DNA of 26,734 nucleotides from a virus, in the IMG/VR virus record IMGVR_UViG_3300010885_064671; one strand, given 5' to 3'. Below are positions 23,634 to 26,734 of this stretch, in pieces (the stretch's first letter is position 1; every line of letters starts with the position of its first letter). The position numbers and the translations under genes are program-made. The notes under the pieces were generated by a model. The model did not search any database and was not told where the DNA came from. It was given only the letters and a program-made list of their open reading frames with translations.

Positions 23634-24137
23634 TTACAGTTGTCTCACCTCAAGAGCAACAAAACCGGATGCCTCTAAGACTTCTTGAGAAATTAGAGAA
23701 GGAACTCCAGCCATAATACCTGCAGTATTATTCTTGTCATACGGAGGATACAGCGTGCAAATTTCTGCAATTGCTTCCTCATTCCACATATTAGCTTCGG
23801 CAGATGAAAGCTGCCCAGCTTGTACTAACTGTTCCATTTTTTTCACCAAAGTTTTGTATTCAAGTCTTGATAAAACACGCCAAACAATGTGCTTATCAAA
23901 TGACAACGAAGTTACATAAACTTCACCATGGATTTTCTTCCACTCTTTTATCATGCCCGCATTAGGGCCGCCATCCCAAATTTCTTGGGAATCTTCCAGG
24001 TCTTCGATAGAAGTTGATTCCTCGATTACCGGTTCATCTAGCTCTATGCTGCGAGAGACTTCGACTACTTCGTCAATGCCTATTTCTTTTGCTAATTCTT
24101 CATTGTTTGAAATGGTAACTTTTCTTTGACTAGCCAT
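23634..24137 (-). CDS. Tail assembly chaperone-like protein, short paralog
   Basis: AGGAG RBS at 24147-24143. Acidic N-terminus followed by WKKIHGEVY...IVWRVLSRLEY...LYP...AGVPSLISQEVLEASGF. The beta-beta-RxL(S/T)xxE pattern and gene position are typical of tail chaperones. Confidence 0.7.
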   Translation of the reverse strand: MASQRKVTISNNEELAKEIGIDEVVEVSRSIELDEPVIEESTSIEDLEDSQEIWDGGPNAGMIKEWKKIHGEVYVTSLSFDKHIVWRVLSRLEYKTLVKKMEQLVQAGQLSSAEANMWNEEAIAEICTLYPPYDKNNTAGIMAGVPSLISQEVLEASGFVALEVRQL

Positions 24138-24172
24138 AATTTCTCCTAATAATAAAACTTAGATCACTGTAC

Positions 24173-24201
24173 ATTCTACACTAGATATTATATATAATCA
24201 A
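24173..24201 (-). promoter_or_regulatory. Candidate sigma70-type promoter upstream of the chaperone genes
   Basis: TTGATT (24201-24196), 17 nt spacer, TAGAAT (24178-24173), in a 66-nt intergenic gap. The AT-rich context lowers specificity. Confidence 0.4.
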
Positions 24202-24203
24202 CT

Positions 24204-25109
24204 TTATATGTTTAAATTATTTGCTGAAGCAGTAGATGTTGCTGTAGCTGTTTTTGAATCAGAAGCATTTGTGGGTGTTTGTGTCTTTATGAAACCTAAA
24301 TTAACTTCTGAGAAATATAGGTCCCTAGCTATAAATTGATAATTTTCTACAACTGCTTGACCACCCGGGACAAAAGATGTAGTCATACCAAGCAATTGGA
24401 CTTCTTGCAATATTACCTTCATAGCATTAGTTTCTTTGCCAAATCTCACCAACCTATCATTGACATCTGACGCAATCATTCTATCAAGATTGTCATTAAT
24501 TACATTTGTAGTCCCAGAAAAATCCCTAGGGCTCAAAGATGCCTCTTGAGCACCATACAGAATTACGAAGTTGAAAGGGGGGTGAGCACTAAAAATATTA
24601 TGACCAGAATCTATTACTTCCTTCTTCATGGGGTCTGAGGTGAGCCTATCTAATTGGCTATAGGACCAATACTTTTGTATATTTTTTTCATCTTCTGGGG
24701 ATTCCATTTTAGATCTTAGGGGAGAAACAACACCAGTACCACCCGATTGTGGGGTTGGATTTTTAGATCTTACGTCTGTAGCTTTTTTTATTAGATCTGT
24801 CATTCTACTTGGATACCTACTAAACAATGTAAACTCACCACTGATTATTCTTGTACCATATAAAATCGAGTCATAATTATATGACCAAAAACCATAGATC
24901 GGTTGCTTCTCTTGCTTAATGGCATATGCGAATGAACCTATATCTAATTCATCCTCTGGTTCAAATAATCCATCCATATAAACTTTAATATCTTCACCTG
25001 AGAAATAATAATCATAATAATTACTAAATCTAGAATCTATATCTGTTCCATTGGAAGTGCCAGACCAAACTGTATCTAAATCAGATAGCGGGTTAAATCT
25101 ATCAACCAT
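24204..25109 (-). CDS. Tail-tube-fold protein, paralog 3 (301 aa)
   Basis: FSGEDI, QEKQPIYGFWS, GTRIISGEFTLF, PPFNFVI and ENYQFIARD are shared with the two upstream genes. Confidence 0.75.
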   Translation of the reverse strand: MVDRFNPLSDLDTVWSGTSNGTDIDSRFSNYYDYYFSGEDIKVYMDGLFEPEDELDIGSFAYAIKQEKQPIYGFWSYNYDSILYGTRIISGEFTLFSRYPSRMTDLIKKATDVRSKNPTPQSGGTGVVSPLRSKMESPEDEKNIQKYWSYSQLDRLTSDPMKKEVIDSGHNIFSAHPPFNFVILYGAQEASLSPRDFSGTTNVINDNLDRMIASDVNDRLVRFGKETNAMKVILQEVQLLGMTTSFVPGGQAVVENYQFIARDLYFSEVNLGFIKTQTPTNASDSKTATATSTASANNLNI

Positions 25110-25845
25110 TTATTACTCTATCCGTAATAAAATTGCTATACATAGCCGTGACTGTTTCTCCATTATCCGTATCACCAAAAATATTTCTATTTATATTTAA
25201 GATATTATCAGATTGTTCTTTAGTCGTATTGCCATATTGTTCTTTTTCATTTGCCATATGAACCATTGGTTGAATTCCCCTAGCCATAAAAGTATATGTT
25301 TGTTCAGTTATCAAGTCGTCGATAGACATCGTTTGACCTTCGTCAACTATAGTTATACCATATATTTTCATCTTAGATGCATTTCCGTATTCATTGAAGA
25401 ATGTCAATACTACATCAAATGGTGGCAACATGTCTGCTAAAGGAGCAAAAAAACCATTACTTCTTGCAAGATAATCTCTATATTGTTTAATCTTATAAAA
25501 AGCATATTCGTTAAACACAGTAAAAATTAAAGATCCAGCTATTGTTCTGCCACCCTTTATAAACGCTCTAACATTAGAGTGCCCCAGTGTTCTAACCGGA
25601 CTGTTCTCCCTATGTATAGAATAGGATATAGTTTGTAATTCACCTATATCTATAACATCTCCTGCGGAAGTCACCTTTCCATCTGGGCCCATTATAGGTG
25701 GGATAATCATTGTGGCAATTGTGTCAGCACCAGAAAATGACATGTTGCTTAAAGCAGATTCCATATCATAGGATGCGGTATAACCTGTATTTGGATTAAC
25801 CGAAGAAAGTCCTTGGGTGTAAGCTGTGTTTGTTATATTTTCCAT
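25102..25845 (-). CDS. Tail-tube-fold protein, paralog 2 (247 aa)
   Basis: FSGADT, LQTISYSIHRENSPVRTLG, GGRTIAGSLIFTVF, PPFDVVLTFFNEYG, IYGITIVDEGQTMSIDD, EQTYTFMAR. Confidence 0.8.
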   Translation of the reverse strand: MENITNTAYTQGLSSVNPNTGYTASYDMESALSNMSFSGADTIATMIIPPIMGPDGKVTSAGDVIDIGELQTISYSIHRENSPVRTLGHSNVRAFIKGGRTIAGSLIFTVFNEYAFYKIKQYRDYLARSNGFFAPLADMLPPFDVVLTFFNEYGNASKMKIYGITIVDEGQTMSIDDLITEQTYTFMARGIQPMVHMANEKEQYGNTTKEQSDNILNINRNIFGDTDNGETVTAMYSNFITDRVING

Positions 25846-25870
25846 AACTACCTAACTGTTCCCTAAATGA

Positions 25871-25904
25871 AGAATGCATGAGAGATAAATCCCTCATGCA
25901 TTCT
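25871..25904 (-). terminator. Stem-loop after the first tube gene (weak terminator or mRNA-stabilising hairpin)
   Basis: Perfect 12-bp inverted repeat AGAATGCATGAG (25871-25882) / CTCATGCATTCT (25893-25904), extendable by a G-U and two more pairs on the minus-strand RNA. The U tail is poor (UCAUUU). Confidence 0.65.
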
Positions 25905-25924
25905 CAAATAACTTTTAATACAAC

Positions 25925-26626
25925 TTATGGACGGATGATACCAGTATTCATATTTGCGTTCTTCAATGCATCTGCGCTAACTATATCGCTTAATTTCATT
26001 GAGCTATCTGAAGTTGGATCAACCTTGATGGAATACATAGGACCCAATTCTCTGGCTACGTATGTCATCGTTTCTTCCACGACGATATCATCCATCGAAG
26101 CGCCAGAACCTTCATTCAAAAGTTCAACGCCATAGATAGATCTTACCGCTGCTTGTCCATATTCGTTAACAAATGTTACCGTAATGTCGAATGGTGGGAT
26201 TTGGTCAGCGTAGTATGGTGTCTTTTGCACAATGTCTTTAGTATATCCATTACCATCTTTGATACCTGGTATTCCTCTGCCAACAGCTTGTGCGCCATCT
26301 CCAGGAAGAGTATTATGAGCTCTAGTGAAGAATTTTTGGCTAGTAGCTGCTGAACTAGCATTCTTATCTAACATGGTGTAAAGTGCTGGACGATCAAAAA
26401 CCATGAATATTAATGATCCTGCGATGCCACGCTTTCCTCTTGAGAAAGATCTTGGGTTTGGTGAACCCATCGTATAGATGGGAGCTTTTTCTCTTGTTAC
26501 GGAAAAAGTGATACCCGAAAGGGCACCAATTTCTACTCCGCCAAAAGTAGCAACAATATCTGCACCTGAAAAAGTAGTGTAAGTATTGAGGTATTTATTT
26601 ACTGGTGTGTAATCTCCTGAGGCCAT
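25925..26626 (-). CDS. Probable major tail tube protein (233 aa)
   Basis: Immediately follows the sheath-like end. Strong GGAGG RBS at 26638-26634 and a downstream hairpin. Motifs FSGADIVATF, TFSVTREKAPIYTMG, RGKRGIAGSLIF, PPFDITVTFVNEYG, SMDDIVVEETMTYVAR. Confidence 0.8.
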   Translation of the reverse strand: MASGDYTPVNKYLNTYTTFSGADIVATFGGVEIGALSGITFSVTREKAPIYTMGSPNPRSFSRGKRGIAGSLIFMVFDRPALYTMLDKNASSAATSQKFFTRAHNTLPGDGAQAVGRGIPGIKDGNGYTKDIVQKTPYYADQIPPFDITVTFVNEYGQAAVRSIYGVELLNEGSGASMDDIVVEETMTYVARELGPMYSIKVDPTSDSSMKLSDIVSADALKNANMNTGIIRP

Positions 26627-26648
26627 ATGTCACCCTCCAATCGGTATA

Positions 26649-26734
26649 TTATATGTTAATGGCTAATTGTACCTGTATCGAACTAAGTTCAAATGCAGGT
26701 GTTAATACGAGGTCAATAATCGCCAAGTTATCTA
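26649..26734 (-). CDS. C-terminal tip of a probable tail sheath protein (partial)
   Basis: The frame from 26732 reads DNLAIIDLVLTPAFELSSIQVQLAINI-stop (TAA 26651-26649). This fits the hxhxPxxxhxxIxh ending of contractile sheath proteins, and it lies directly before the tube gene. Only 27 codons are visible. Confidence 0.6.
   Translation of the reverse strand, partial: DNLAIIDLVLTPAFELSSIQVQLAINI

Larger units (their letters stand above)
1..26734 (-). other. Tail morphogenesis module of a large myovirus-type phage (sheath, tube x3, chaperones, tape measure, RNAP-like protein, hub)
   Basis: All real genes are co-oriented on the minus strand with tight or overlapping junctions. Gene order matches the usual contractile-tail layout. 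No host housekeeping genes. Host and taxonomy cannot be determined from this window. Confidence 0.85.

Noticed and set aside
899-26353. All plus-strand ORFs in the track
   Set aside because: They are short antisense shadows of long minus-strand genes, with Ser/Pro/Ile/Phe-biased composition and no recognisable motifs.
3381-26361. Short nested minus-strand ORFs (3381-3596, 17993-18199, 19901-20086, 26176-26361)
   Set aside because: Out-of-frame overlaps inside well-supported genes, of a length expected by chance.
1-26734. Bacterial eCIS/tailocin or T6SS locus
   Set aside because: Multiple tube paralogs and an enzyme-tipped hub are reminiscent, but the giant tape-measure-position protein, chaperone pair and polymerase-like gene favour a phage. 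It cannot be fully excluded because no capsid genes are in the window.
1-26734. CRISPR arrays, tRNAs, IS elements, introns or inteins
   Set aside because: Intergenic gaps are all under about 80 nt. No spaced DNA repeats, transposase motifs or clear intein/homing-endonuclease signatures were seen by eye.

Overview
AT-rich, gene-dense, entirely minus-strand tail-morphogenesis module of a large contractile-tailed phage. In transcription order (right to left): the C-terminal tip of a probable tail sheath gene; three paralogous tail-tube-fold genes; two paralogous tail-assembly-chaperone-like genes; a 2171-aa protein in the tape-measure position; a ~1570-aa reading frame split by one frameshift; a small basic protein; and a giant frame of at least 3760 codons (11280 to beyond base 1). 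The ORF track misses this last frame because its stop lies outside the window. The most notable signal is the frameshifted gene. It carries, in order, the motif series of single-chain two-barrel (DPBB) RNA polymerases of the RNAi-RdRP/YonO/crAss virion-RNAP type. However, its catalytic loop is non-canonical (GGFDLDDK), it sits before rather than after the RQP motif, and the protein has a C-terminal transmembrane-like helix. The giant protein fuses two tube-fold repeats, a split baseplate-hub fold, a degenerate RlpA-like barrel, a 55-residue uncharged segment and a staphylococcal-nuclease-like domain. Together these suggest a tail that delivers its own polymerase and a nuclease. All assignments are by-eye motif recognition; no search was run.
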